Assembly (NCBI GenBank): GCA_000004985.1
Contig: GG738911.1
Strand: one strand, 5' to 3'
Origin: Naegleria gruberi
Taxonomy: Eukaryota
Length of the DNA: 64,000 nt
Below are positions 23,301 through 34,146 of the stretch, one piece after another. The notes beneath the pieces were generated by a model. It saw nothing but the letters and a program-made list of their open reading frames with translations. It was not told the DNA's origin and did not search any database. A program made the position numbers and the translations under genes. Position 1 is the first letter of the stretch. Each line of letters starts with the position of its first letter.

Positions 23301-24657
23301 TATAACCAGAATTGGACAAACTACCAGCAATTACATTAGCAAAACCAGTTTTCAAATCAAGTTTTAAAACTGCTGATTGATAGGAAGTAAGGTAGACTTC
23401 ACTATCACTTATGACTTGTAATTGATTCAAGTTTCGTAAAAAAGAGCTTGAAGCTGGTACATTCGGATTAAAAGTATATGGATAGAATCCACTAAAAAGG
23501 AGAGGTGTTTCCAAAGTACGAAAATTAAACTTCATTACTTGGGTTGCTGCCACATTTTGCATGGTTGACTTGAAGTAAATATGATCGTGTGAGTCCCATC
23601 CAAAAAAGTTAATTCCCACAATGTTGTTATCATACAGAACTTTCACCTTTGCCAACTGTTGAGTGGTTTGATTGAATAAAAGTAATTGACCTCCACCAGT
23701 AGAAACAACATAAGATGAATCATAACCCAAACTGATAATATGTAATGGATTTGTAATGGGTGCAAAATTGGCCCAATTATAAACTATTCCATTTGTACTG
23801 AACTGTAATAATCTATTATATCCAGAATCTACAACAATCATTCCATCTGAAGAAAGGGCAATACTTGTTGGATTTGACATTTTACAACTCAAAGGATCAG
23901 CACCATTACAATTACTTGATGATTGAGTATTCACACCTCCCATAATAACCTTACACAGAACACTATTTTCATCAAGAAATGTCATGGTTCTAATAAAATT
24001 ATTCCCACTATCAACAATGTAAAATATTCCATTATATTTTGTAATCATAGTTGGAGCACGAATGGCATTATACATGGCAGGATCATAACTCAAAGAAAGA
24101 GTTCTCAAAATTCCACTTTCCATATCAACAACTCTTATATAACTAGCAAAATTATAGACATCCAATATAAATAGAGAATTTGTCGATTCATCCAAGTAAA
24201 CTCCACTCGGTGATGTCAATGAAAATTCAGTAGCCAATCCACTCAATGATGGTTTATCTTGAGGCACAGAACAAATTCCATTTCCTGCCACAACCACACT
24301 CATATTTCCAATAATCCTTCTCACCACACAAAATTGAATATCCGATAAGTAAATTATTGGCAAACCACTCGAAATATCCAAAGATGATACATGAATATTA
24401 CCTTGTGGTGCTACAATTGGAAAATGGTAGGAATCAATAGTAGTGCCAATACTTCCGGCAACCATAATATTAGCATTAGAATATAGACCAGCAAATTGAT
24501 TCTCCAACTCCTTGGTTGAGTCAATTTCGACTGCAGAAGCTTCTGCTCGAATACTAATGTTGTGATGATCACAGTTGCAAAGTGTGATTACTGCTGTCGT
24601 CGTCGTGAGAAACCCCAAAATGATGCAAAGAAAGAGCTGCAGGAGTGATATCTTCAT
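20372..24657 (-). CDS. receptor-like Ser/Thr kinase #2: signal peptide + NHL-repeat ectodomain + many EGF-like Cys repeats + TM + kinase; 2 exons
   Basis: complement(join(20372..22788,22845..24657)). Signal peptide MKISLLQLFLCIILGFLTTTTAV; NHL blades; repeated CxSGWxGxxC EGF-like modules; TM AAAIVVSIILLCISSALIGIGVFVYF; kinase LGSGAYGSV, AVK, HRDLKQTN, DWG (variant DFG), SAPE. A 56-nt GTAAGC..ACAG intron joins the two ORFs in frame. Confidence 0.8.
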
Positions 24658-25019
24658 TTTTTTTCGGAGTTGGATTCGAATAATAATTGCCTAAACATGT
24701 CCATTAAAAGTGGTTGTGATATCTGAAATACCTCCTTCTGACAGATTATCAGGTTATGGTTACACAAATATAGAGTTGCCTTGCAGCAGTTGTACACTCA
24801 GTGAAATGTTAATTATTGAACTGAACAAGAGAGGTTAGAAATTCACAAGGGGAAAAACAACTTGGGATCTGTCATTCTACATTCTTGTGATGTTGGCAAA
24901 TGAATTATATTTTTTCAATATGAAATTTGTTCAGTAAATTTTGAAGAATGATTTTCTTACCTCAATGCAACACTTCTTAAACAAAGTTTTAAGCGGCGCC
25001 GGAAAATAAGCAAAAAAAA

Positions 25020-26510
25020 ATGTCCGAATCACTAAATACTTCTGCTACTACAAATGATGATCAATTCTATTGTCATCTTCATCATGGTGAAGAAGAACAT
25101 GAACATGATGATGAAGGGGTGATTAATTTTTGTGAAATAATGTCAAATACTAAATTATCCGATATTAATGATCAAAATTGTAAACAAACAATGTGTTTAT
25201 ATTATTTTTTAAATAAGGATCAGGATGTTAGTGATGGTGAATTTAAAATAATGAAATTTAATAATCAATTAAATTTAACTATTGAACAAATTGTTCATCC
25301 ACAAAATTTGGCATCAACTGCTATGTTTTTAATTAATATATGTGGAATTAATCATTTATATTATTTTAAATATTGTATTGCCGATGATGATGAAAATTCT
25401 CATATTGAACACGAATTTAATTCTTCTAATGAAGTTTTTATTAATGAACATTTAAAATTAGTACCATTTCCATTTAGAAAGAATGAATTTGTTACTAAAT
25501 TTGATAAAAGTGGAACCTTAATGAAAACTAATCTAAATTCTATTTGGGATAGTGAAGGTTCTATCATTAGTGTTAATAATAATACACTTGAACATTCTTA
25601 CCTAATGGTTAATGATCAAAGCAATATCAAATATATTGAAAATTTCAATGATGAAATAATTCATTTTGAACGAAATGGCCATCGTATATTTTTAACTAAA
25701 AGTGGTAAAATATATGGTTATGGAGAAAACTTGTATAATCAGTTAAATCTAAATGGGGGAAATGATAATTTCATTCAATTTATATCAGACATATCATTTG
25801 ATTCATTGTCATTTAAAAAAGTTATACCAGGCCTTTTTAAAACTCATTTCATTACTGAAAATGGTAAATTATATGCATCAGGTGAAAATTCTGATTACAA
25901 TTTAGGATGTTCAGAAGGAAAAACAAGACAGGAAATTCATAATGATATTTCAATAGATAATGGAAAGTTTCAATCAAATCCTGCACGTAAATGTGACATA
26001 ATAGATGAAAAATATGAAATTGAACATGTTTACCAAATTGGAATAAACGGGCTAAGCATTTTCTTAACTAGGGAAAAGAAATTATTAGCATGTGGAAAAT
26101 ATTTTGATGAAAATGGTAATCAAGTTATTTCAATTGGTGATATCTATCCACTAGATGGTGAAATCGATCAATTATTCATCTGTGCAAACAAGTATTTACT
26201 TGTGATTACTAAAAATGGAAAGGTTCATGTAATTGGTAAAAGAAATATCGATCCAAAGAATTATAACAAAAAATCAACTCGTATTTTAGAAGATAGATTT
26301 ATTGAAAGGGTCAAAACTCAAATTGAAACTTTAATTTCATTGGACGAAAGAATTTTTGGAAAATTAGAAATTTATCCAAATCCATTTGATATGGGTTGTG
26401 TTTTGAAATTGGAAATGTCCTTGGATTTGATAATATTTTTCAAGTCGTTGAGAAGTCAATCCCTCCAAAGCAAGACAGGCTTTTCAGATTTAACTTTCAA
26501 CTTTTGTTAA
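25020..26510 (+). CDS. RCC1-like repeat (beta-propeller) protein
   Basis: Repeated G.I/LY..GEN...QLG blades (KSGKIYGYGENLYNQLNL, NGKLYASGENSDYNLGC, KLLACGKYFDENGNQ). Confidence 0.55.
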   Translation: MSESLNTSATTNDDQFYCHLHHGEEEHEHDDEGVINFCEIMSNTKLSDINDQNCKQTMCLYYFLNKDQDVSDGEFKIMKFNNQLNLTIEQIVHPQNLASTAMFLINICGINHLYYFKYCIADDDENSHIEHEFNSSNEVFINEHLKLVPFPFRKNEFVTKFDKSGTLMKTNLNSIWDSEGSIISVNNNTLEHSYLMVNDQSNIKYIENFNDEIIHFERNGHRIFLTKSGKIYGYGENLYNQLNLNGGNDNFIQFISDISFDSLSFKKVIPGLFKTHFITENGKLYASGENSDYNLGCSEGKTRQEIHNDISIDNGKFQSNPARKCDIIDEKYEIEHVYQIGINGLSIFLTREKKLLACGKYFDENGNQVISIGDIYPLDGEIDQLFICANKYLLVITKNGKVHVIGKRNIDPKNYNKKSTRILEDRFIERVKTQIETLISLDERIFGKLEIYPNPFDMGCVLKLEMSLDLIIFFKSLRSQSLQSKTGFSDLTFNFC

Positions 26511-26594
26511 ATATATTATATTATTGTAATCATTCCCGCAAAAAAAGAACTTGGAACTGCAAGAACAAGTTGATTTATTTTAATAATAAAAAAA

Positions 26595-27476
26595 ATGTCT
26601 ACATTGGAGGGTGGGGAGATTCTCGTCCTCACAGAAGAGGATCAAATATCTAACAAAATTGAAATGTTTAATTCATGTCCTCTATCGGAGGTAATTTCAT
26701 CAACTCCGAAAAGAAAAATTGAAAATGATTCGAATAATCATCAAATGAAATTTGTCATCATTTCAGATACTCATAGTGCTCATGATAATTTAGAATTGCC
26801 TGATGATGGAGATGTTTTGGTTCATTGTGGAGATTTTACTAATAAGGGATTGTTTGGAGAAGTGAATTCATTCTTTGAGTTTTTGAGAGACAAATGTGAT
26901 GGAAAATTTAAATATATTATCGTGATTGTGGGTAGGTATTCTTGTTTCTTGTTGGATAATTGAGGATGTTTGGTTTTTTATATAGGAAATCATGAATGGA
27001 GTCCTGATTTGATAGTCAATCGACAATTTTCAAAGTATTTCAGAAATTCAAAACACAATCTCAAATCAAAGTATCATCTTTTATTGGATGATACAGTAAC
27101 TATACAAGATAATTGTGGAAATGATATCAAAATTCATGGAACTCGATTTAGATCTAAATGGAAATTTCCTCCATTCATGAGAGATTCATTGAGAAAGAAG
27201 GATTTTGATATTCCAAAAGATATTGACATTTTACTGTCACATTTTCCATCTGATAAGGGGAAATTGGATTCATCAAGAAGAGCTTCTACTGAGCTGACCG
27301 AATTGATCAACAGCAGCCACTTTACAAAATTAAAGATCCACTGTTTTGGGCACGTTCATGCATCTAGGGGACATTATTATGAAAGTGAAACTGATAGATT
27401 ATTTGTGAATGCAGCATCTATCAAGGGAGATAAGAAAAAGAAGGTTGTCAACAAACCATTTGCTTTCTACTTTTAA
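26595..27476 (+). CDS. calcineurin-like metallophosphoesterase (MPPED-like), 2 exons
   Basis: join(26595..26931,26986..27476). Motifs DTH, GDFT, and GNHE recreated exactly across the 54-nt GTAGGT..TATAG intron; GH.H near the C-terminus. Confidence 0.75.
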
Positions 27477-27811
27477 ATTTTACTCGAATCTTTGAGAAAT
27501 GAAATCAATACTGAAACCTAATGTAAATATTGGAAGATTCAATACACCCGAATAGCTTCACCCTTTTTTGCGTCACCGAGTAAAAATTTACTCATTGAAA
27601 TGTTTAAATGATTGTAACTTGTGCGTACGATTATAAAAGAGTTTCTTTTGTATACTGTTTATATTCTCTTATTGAAATCATATCATTGGGATTGTTGCTC
27701 AAACTGTATTTAAATTTGATTGTTTTTTTGTTTTTGATAATATTAATTAAAGCTGCTTTTATTGGAAGAGTTGAAGAAAATCCTTGTCCATGTCCTCCAA
27801 ACGATTCATTA

Positions 27812-28507
27812 TCACTTTGTGCTGGATCTTGTTTCTTTAGATTGAAAGTTGTGCAGTATCTTCAGTATCCTCATCAGTATCTCCATCAGTATCTTCATCA
27901 GCATCATAACCATCCTTGATGAATTTAAAGTGTGAAGCTTGACAGATGTCAATTGTTGTATGAATAGCTTTCTCCTTCTTGGTTCTTCAACTGACATATC
28001 CAATTTTCTCTTTCTTTCATGGGATGATTGTTTCTTCTTTTTGGTGTCAATGGGTAAGGGTCGTTCATTTTCCCAATATTTAACAGGTTTACCAATCATT
28101 CTTCTCAATCTATTTTCTGTACAATTACTAGTTTGAATACCAAAATGGTCATCCCCATCAATCTCTTCATTTTGACTGGAAATTGTTATATTGAGATCGC
28201 TTTCCTCACCTTCACTCCTCATCTCAAAATCTAGATCTAGTCCATGCACGAAATCTATATCATCCAATACGGCATCCTTTAACAATTCTTCTCTTGGTAC
28301 ATACTGTCCAACCAATATAAAACCACCAACTTCTTCTTGATCTTCTTCATCTCCATCACTAATTTCTATGGCATCATCACATTGAGCAGTGCTTTCTTGT
28401 TTAGAAATGTTGCTGGCTTGAAGTTGCTTTCTTCTGGTAAGCATGCTTACCGAACTCTTGTTGTTTTTTTGAAGGAAATTAATAATAGATTTTAGGTTTT
28501 TCTGCAC
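27812..28507 (-). CDS. acidic (D/E-rich) hypothetical protein; 3-prime end contains a 12-bp tandem repeat with ambiguous frame
   Basis: 231-codon ORF rich in D/E/S; its last about 30 codons are read from the ATCAGTATC repeat. An alternative frame gives DEDTDGDTDEDTEDT. Confidence 0.45.
   Translation of the reverse strand: MQKNLKSIINFLQKNNKSSVSMLTRRKQLQASNISKQESTAQCDDAIEISDGDEEDQEEVGGFILVGQYVPREELLKDAVLDDIDFVHGLDLDFEMRSEGEESDLNITISSQNEEIDGDDHFGIQTSNCTENRLRRMIGKPVKYWENERPLPIDTKKKKQSSHERKRKLDMSVEEPRRRKLFIQQLTSVKLHTLNSSRMVMMLMKILMEILMRILKILHNFQSKETRSSTK
27851..27898. repeat. 12-bp tandem repeat (tcagtatcctca)x4, imperfect
   Basis: Visible in sequence: cttcagtatcctcatcagtatctccatcagtatcttcatcagcatca. 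Confidence 0.7.
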
Positions 28508-28870
28508 GTTGTGTCATTCTACACGTATTGTAAAGCAGAGAGGCTGAAAAGGGAGGTGTTTACTGTACAACAAATATATGATCATCGCTATTTTGTTTCC
28601 TTAAGTATTATTATAAATTAAATACATGATGAAGATGGCATAAATTTGTTCCATAGTGTTTTGGAATGAAGCTTAAGATGTTGTTGTTCGATTTGAATTA
28701 TTCAAAGTAGGTTCTACCGTACGGCCATGGTCATTAAAAATCTTGCTCGTGTTGCTGAATAGGAGCAAGAAACGACTTTTCTTGTTTTTTTTGATATTTT
28801 TTTTAATTTGTTTTTAATATTAATATTTGGGCCAACTTTTTGTGTAACGGTTTTTTTTGAGATAATAAAT

Positions 28871-30214
28871 TTATTGCTCTGTTTCTTCCTTTTCCTCACT
28901 TGATTCAGTTCCAACCTCCTCATAGTCCTTCTCCAGAGCTGCCAAATCCTCCCTAGCCTCAGCAAACTCTCCCTCCTCCATTCCCTCCCCAACATACCAA
29001 TGGACGAAAGCTCTCTTTGCATACATTAAATCAAACTTGTGATCAATTCTCGAAAAGACCTCAGCAATGGCAGTCGAATTTGAAATCATGCACACAGCCC
29101 TCATCACCTTTGCCAAATCTCCACCTGGCACAACACTTGGTGCCTGATAATTAATTCCACATTTGAAACCTGTTGGCGACCAATCAACAAATTGCACCGT
29201 TCTCTTATGCTTGATTGTTTGTACGGCAGAGTTGACATCTTTTGGAACGACATCTCCTCTGTACATTAAACAACATGCCATGTATTTGCCATGACGTGGA
29301 TCGCATTTGGCCATCATTGAGGCAGGTTCAAAAACTGCATTTGTGATTTCACTCACACTGAGACGTTCGTGATAGGCCTTTTCGGCTGAGATTATTGGAG
29401 AATAGGATGAGAGCATAAAGTGGATTCTTGGATAGGGAACTAGATTAGTTTGGAATTCAGAAATGTCAACGTTGAGGGCACCATCGAATCTGAGAGAAGA
29501 AGTGAGGGAGGATATGACCTGAGCGATTATTCTGTTGAGATTCGTATAGGTTGGTTTTGGAATGTCGAGACATCGACGACAAATGTCATAAATTGCTTCG
29601 TTATCCAGAATTACAGATACGTCACTGTGTTCCAATAAGGCGTGAGTGGACAAGACTGAATTGTATGGCTCAACAACAGCGGTGGCAATCTGAGGTGATG
29701 GATAAATTGTGAAATTCAACTTGGGTTTCTTTCCATAATCAACTGACAACCTTTCCAATAACAAAGCACCTAAACCTGAACCAGTTCCACCCCCAACCGA
29801 TGAGAACACCAAGAAACCTTGCAAACCAGTGCAATTATCAGCTAACTTTCTAATTCTATCCAAACATAGGTCAACAATTTCCTTGCCAATCGTATAATGA
29901 CCTCTTGCATAATTATTGGCAGCATCTTCCTTGCCACTAATCAACTGATCAGGATGGAATAGCTGTCTATAGGTACCAGTTCTCACTTCATCCACAACTG
30001 TTGGTTCCAGATCGAGAAAAACAGCTCTTGGCACATGCTTTCCAATTCCAGTCTCTGAAAAGAAAGTATCGTTGGAATCATCATAGCCGAAACTCTTATC
30101 TGAAGGCTTCATTCCATCAGATTGAATACCATGCTCCAGACAGTACAATTCCCAACAGGCATTTCCTAACTGAACTCCTGCCTGTCCAATGTGAATTGAA
30201 ATAACTTCTCTCAT
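28871..30214 (-). CDS. alpha-tubulin (intronless), divergent C-terminal tail without terminal Tyr
   Basis: [15 protein letters not shown]..., GGGTGSG, alpha-specific [14 protein letters not shown]; ends ...[16 protein letters not shown]. Confidence 0.95.
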   Translation of the reverse strand: MREVISIHIGQAGVQLGNACWELYCLEHGIQSDGMKPSDKSFGYDDSNDTFFSETGIGKHVPRAVFLDLEPTVVDEVRTGTYRQLFHPDQLISGKEDAANNYARGHYTIGKEIVDLCLDRIRKLADNCTGLQGFLVFSSVGGGTGSGLGALLLERLSVDYGKKPKLNFTIYPSPQIATAVVEPYNSVLSTHALLEHSDVSVILDNEAIYDICRRCLDIPKPTYTNLNRIIAQVISSLTSSLRFDGALNVDISEFQTNLVPYPRIHFMLSSYSPIISAEKAYHERLSVSEITNAVFEPASMMAKCDPRHGKYMACCLMYRGDVVPKDVNSAVQTIKHKRTVQFVDWSPTGFKCGINYQAPSVVPGGDLAKVMRAVCMISNSTAIAEVFSRIDHKFDLMYAKRAFVHWYVGEGMEEGEFAEAREDLAALEKDYEEVGTESSEEKEETEQ

Positions 30215-30878
30215 CTTGAATTTTTGAGTTTTTTACGTTGTTTTATTTGTTTTTGAAATAGAAATCATGCAAACAAATGAAAAATTTATCATGATGAGGA
30301 ATTTAAGGGAATGCACAGAGGTGGAGTGGTAACTGTGAACTCTAAGGCATCAACACTGGTTTATTAAGGTTGGGAAAATAGTGAGGAAGAGAGAACTCTT
30401 AATCGGAAAGTAAAAACCGTCCTTAGAGAGATTTATTGATGTTACAGCTTTTGCTTTGGAATTTGGTTGATAAATATCTTCCCGCCAAATTCCATCCAAT
30501 TTTTTTAAAAAAATAAAAACAAACCACAAGCCTTGCCCTCTCAAAAATTTCCAAGCGAAAAGAGAGTAAAAACAAGATAAATAGAAGACTTGTTTTTAGT
30601 GATGATAACTATCCCAAAAGAACCATAATGAATAGGGTGTGAACGTTCTGTTCATTGCCCATTCAACCACTTTGATGAATTAACCTTATGTCATAGTTAC
30701 TCTGAATAATCGATGTATTGATTTTTTATTGTTGTAATAATCGGATCCGAGACAACCATTGGGAAATATTGAATTTTTCTAGATCGTGCTGATTTGATAA
30801 TGTTCCTTTTAAAGACTGTTTAAAATATTACATTACGTAATTTATTAAAATATTATTAATTTAAATTTTAGAAAAAAA

Positions 30879-31808
30879 ATGTTAGAAGCCATACTGAATT
30901 TTTTCTATTGGCTTTTGGCTTTGATCGGATTAGGCCAAGCAACACAACAACAACAAATTGTCGCTCCGGAACAACATCAAGATGAAGAAGAACATCATCA
31001 TCAACAACGAAGAAATATTCCGGCAGCAAGAGGACAAATACGGAGAAGAAAGAATGCTGCTGCTTCTGCTTCATCATCAACAAATGATGATCACGAATCT
31101 GCTAGTAGTGGCAGTGATGAAAGTGATGATGATGGTTCGGATCATGATTCTGAAGCTGGGGAAGAAGATATTCATATTCATTCTAAACTTACAAGAAATG
31201 AACGTGTAAATTTGAAAAAGATGGAAAAGAGACGTCAAAAGCAAGCCTTGAAGGAACAAAGAGAGGCCATGGTTCAAGCTGAAAAGGAGAGAAAGACTCA
31301 AATGAAAAAGAAAATGGAAGATGAGGAATTGGAACGTGAAGAAAAGGAAGCTGAATTGAGAGAAGCTGAAAGAATTCAACGTGAAGAAAAGGAAAAGAAA
31401 AAACAAGAGGAATATGAAGAATGGCGTCACTTGTTTGAAGTTTCTGAACAAGGTGAAGGAATTGATTCTGATATGACTCATAATGAGAGCATTTTGAGTG
31501 AATTTATCAATTACATCAAGGATCATAAAGTGGTTGTTCTTGAAGATTTGGCAAGTGAGTTCAAGATCAAGACTGAACATTGCATTAATAGAATTAAATC
31601 TCTTGAAGAGGAGGGTAAAATAACAGGTCTCCTGGACGATCGTGGTAAATTTATTTATATTTCCAAGGAAGAAATTGAAAAGGTTAAACAATTTATTTTA
31701 CAAGAAGGTAGAATTAGCATTTCAGATTTGAGAAATGAAAGTAACAAGTTAATTAATCTCAAACCAAAGGAAGAAGATGTAAATATTGAGGAAATTCTGG
31801 TGAAATAA
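30879..31808 (+). CDS. DDRGK domain-containing protein 1 (UFM1-binding protein, UFBP1)-like
   Basis: N-terminal TM (ILNFFYWLLALIGLG), charged K/E-rich helix, and the literal DDRGKFIYIS motif plus C-terminal winged-helix region. Confidence 0.8.
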   Translation: MLEAILNFFYWLLALIGLGQATQQQQIVAPEQHQDEEEHHHQQRRNIPAARGQIRRRKNAAASASSSTNDDHESASSGSDESDDDGSDHDSEAGEEDIHIHSKLTRNERVNLKKMEKRRQKQALKEQREAMVQAEKERKTQMKKKMEDEELEREEKEAELREAERIQREEKEKKKQEEYEEWRHLFEVSEQGEGIDSDMTHNESILSEFINYIKDHKVVVLEDLASEFKIKTEHCINRIKSLEEEGKITGLLDDRGKFIYISKEEIEKVKQFILQEGRISISDLRNESNKLINLKPKEEDVNIEEILVK

Positions 31809-31815
31809 TTAAATA

Positions 31816-33990
31816 TTAATAATTTAATGGAACTAGCCATTTGTTGTTTCCATGATATTCCTCACCATGATGAATATCATAAAATCCTCGTTGGCGTTGT
31901 TTAAAAGCTTCCTCTTCTGCTTTTCTATACGAATCCAATAATCCAATAATTTCTGGATCCTTTCTCAGTGGATTATTCCTATTCCTCACAATCAACTCTA
32001 AAATATGTGCATCTAGAGGAATTTCTGAATTAGAAACCATTCGAAGACGAATCATTTTCATCACCACTCCCTTATTCATCAATAAATCCTCAGAAATATT
32101 TGAGGCAAGCAAATTAACATTTTCAGGAAATCTTTCCAAATACTGCAAGATGAATGGAATGGAAGAGAGTAATTCTCTGGAAGATTTAGAGATGGCTCTT
32201 GGATCGTAGGAACAGGCAGCTAAAACCATTTCTGGACTGTTTCTGATATCAATGTGGAAATATTCGAAAATACCACCGATTGTTTTCAGTTTCTCCATGG
32301 CATATTCCTTGTTATTTCTCTTGGAATCTGAAAGATAATTAATGATATGATAATAATCCGAATCAATTAATTTCAATAATTTGTGTTCAAATTCTGAATC
32401 ATGGGAGCAAAGGTTTCTAATAATTTTGGGTGGAAACAATTTGATATTATCCACATCATTTTCAATTGCAAACTTTGCCCATTCTTCATTATTAATGATG
32501 AAATCTGGTAATGCTCCACTAATCCCATGCTTGACCAGAAGATTCTTCATCATTTCCAAACTAATCTTATTGTGAGAACATGCATAGATAAACCAATTCT
32601 TATAATCCACAGCTGCCTTCTCAATAAACATGTTATCATTCGAAATCTCATTAACTAGCTCAATATTATCAGGATTTACAATTCTGGTCGATGTTACAAA
32701 AATCTGAAAAATTACGTCTTCATCTTCCAATAGCGGACTTTTACAATCTTTCATTCTATTGATCATATTTCCAATAACTGTTAATCCTGAACTCATGATT
32801 GAATCGTCCTTTCTTAGCTCCTTTAGGGCATTCAAGATGAATTTCTTTTTTTGTAAATATTTTGAATGACAGAATTGTAAAGTTTCGACAACATTTAAGG
32901 AAAGGCATGATTCAATGAGAGACTCATGTTGTAATTGAAATTCATCACTCACAAATTGGAGAGCATTGGCATGTACTTTCAATGCTGTTTCACTTGAGCT
33001 TTCGAATATATTAATTGGCGTTTTTGGAACAAATTCTAATAATCTTCCATCATATTTTACCGCTTCATGAGCTAGCTCTATTCTCTTTCTAACATGTTCT
33101 GGTAAATACTGATAGCCAGTACCACCACTCTTTCTAAATAAATTCAATAAGAAAGCAGACGAATAGAATGGAAACACTGAATAATCCAAATCCTTCCTAA
33201 AACAATAGACAAGTGCCTTTGGATTTTGCATCACTGCACTAGCAATTAACTGTTGGTCCTTCATATAAGAAGCTGGTAGGAATCGAATAATTAATCCATC
33301 TTGCTTGACTCCATCCAACAAAGTTGAAGCATCAATGGACGAAGGTGAAATAAACTCTAACACGTCGCCATTTCTTGAGATTATCTCTTCAATTTTGATA
33401 ATATTCCTCCTCTTATATCCATAAAGAATTTCTCCCTCACTCGTAAAGTATAAAATTAATTTGGGTTGTAAAATGATAAACTCATTTCTATACGAAACTG
33501 CTTGTTTTTCATTGAGTGATTTTTTCTGAATGAGCTCTTCAATGAGATTTCTCAATGCTATAAATTGATCAGGTGATTGATCTCTGAAATTTTTACAAGC
33601 ACTTTTTACAACATTTTCATTGGATTTCCATTTTTGGAGTTTGTGCAATTCACCTGGATTTTCTTCAACATATTTACACATGAGAATTTCATCTGTTTCG
33701 AATTGTGGAAACTTGCTTTGAATTTCTGAAAGCTTTTTGCCTTGTTCGATCATTTCAATAATCGCCAATCGTTGTGGATTTCCATGGTTTAGTTTTATTT
33801 CGGGAGCTTTCTTATTGTAATCTTTTTCTAAAAAGTGTTTTTGAAATAATTCTTTCCATGAAGATGCTAATGGTGATGAAGATTTCATCCCGATCGAGTA
33901 GAACCGTTTGCTTCCATTCAAACAAAGAATTGTAGCTTGATTTCCAATAAGTGATCGGAACATTTTTTTGTGAAATGAAAATTCAATCAA
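31816..33990 (-). CDS. repeat-containing protein (DUF4116-like repeats) with mitochondrial-presequence-like N-terminus
   Basis: 724-aa ORF; N-terminus MFRSLIGNQATILCLNGSKRFYS; recurrent about 35-aa units (HEAVKYDGRLLEFVP, LKVHANALQFVSDEF, EMVLAACSYDPRAIS). Confidence 0.5.
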   Translation of the reverse strand: MIEFSFHKKMFRSLIGNQATILCLNGSKRFYSIGMKSSSPLASSWKELFQKHFLEKDYNKKAPEIKLNHGNPQRLAIIEMIEQGKKLSEIQSKFPQFETDEILMCKYVEENPGELHKLQKWKSNENVVKSACKNFRDQSPDQFIALRNLIEELIQKKSLNEKQAVSYRNEFIILQPKLILYFTSEGEILYGYKRRNIIKIEEIISRNGDVLEFISPSSIDASTLLDGVKQDGLIIRFLPASYMKDQQLIASAVMQNPKALVYCFRKDLDYSVFPFYSSAFLLNLFRKSGGTGYQYLPEHVRKRIELAHEAVKYDGRLLEFVPKTPINIFESSSETALKVHANALQFVSDEFQLQHESLIESCLSLNVVETLQFCHSKYLQKKKFILNALKELRKDDSIMSSGLTVIGNMINRMKDCKSPLLEDEDVIFQIFVTSTRIVNPDNIELVNEISNDNMFIEKAAVDYKNWFIYACSHNKISLEMMKNLLVKHGISGALPDFIINNEEWAKFAIENDVDNIKLFPPKIIRNLCSHDSEFEHKLLKLIDSDYYHIINYLSDSKRNNKEYAMEKLKTIGGIFEYFHIDIRNSPEMVLAACSYDPRAISKSSRELLSSIPFILQYLERFPENVNLLASNISEDLLMNKGVVMKMIRLRMVSNSEIPLDAHILELIVRNRNNPLRKDPEIIGLLDSYRKAEEEAFKQRQRGFYDIHHGEEYHGNNKWLVPLNY

Positions 33991-34146
33991 TTTTGCAAAA
34001 TTTCATAAGAAACTTTCAATCAATTTCATTAGAAGGTTACAATCTAATAGTTTTTCTATTCTATTATATTTAAATCCTTGTAAAATTGTCCAAAATTAGT
34101 CAATATAATTATTGTAAATATTATTCGAAAGTTTAAATTAAAAAAA
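33991..34146. promoter_or_regulatory. compact bidirectional intergenic/promoter region (156 bp) between divergent genes
   Basis: Minus-strand gene starts at 33990 and plus-strand F-box gene at 34147; AT-rich. Confidence 0.3.

Noticed and set aside
28714-29022. 102-aa Arg-rich ORF overlapping the 3-prime end of alpha-tubulin
   Set aside because: Out-of-frame overlap with a highly conserved gene. Arg/Lys richness comes from GA-rich tubulin codons.
31077-31691. 204-aa Phe/Leu-rich antisense ORF opposite DDRGK1
   Set aside because: Antisense of a K/E-rich (AAG/GAA) coding region automatically yields F/L-rich ORFs. DDRGK1 reading is motif-supported.
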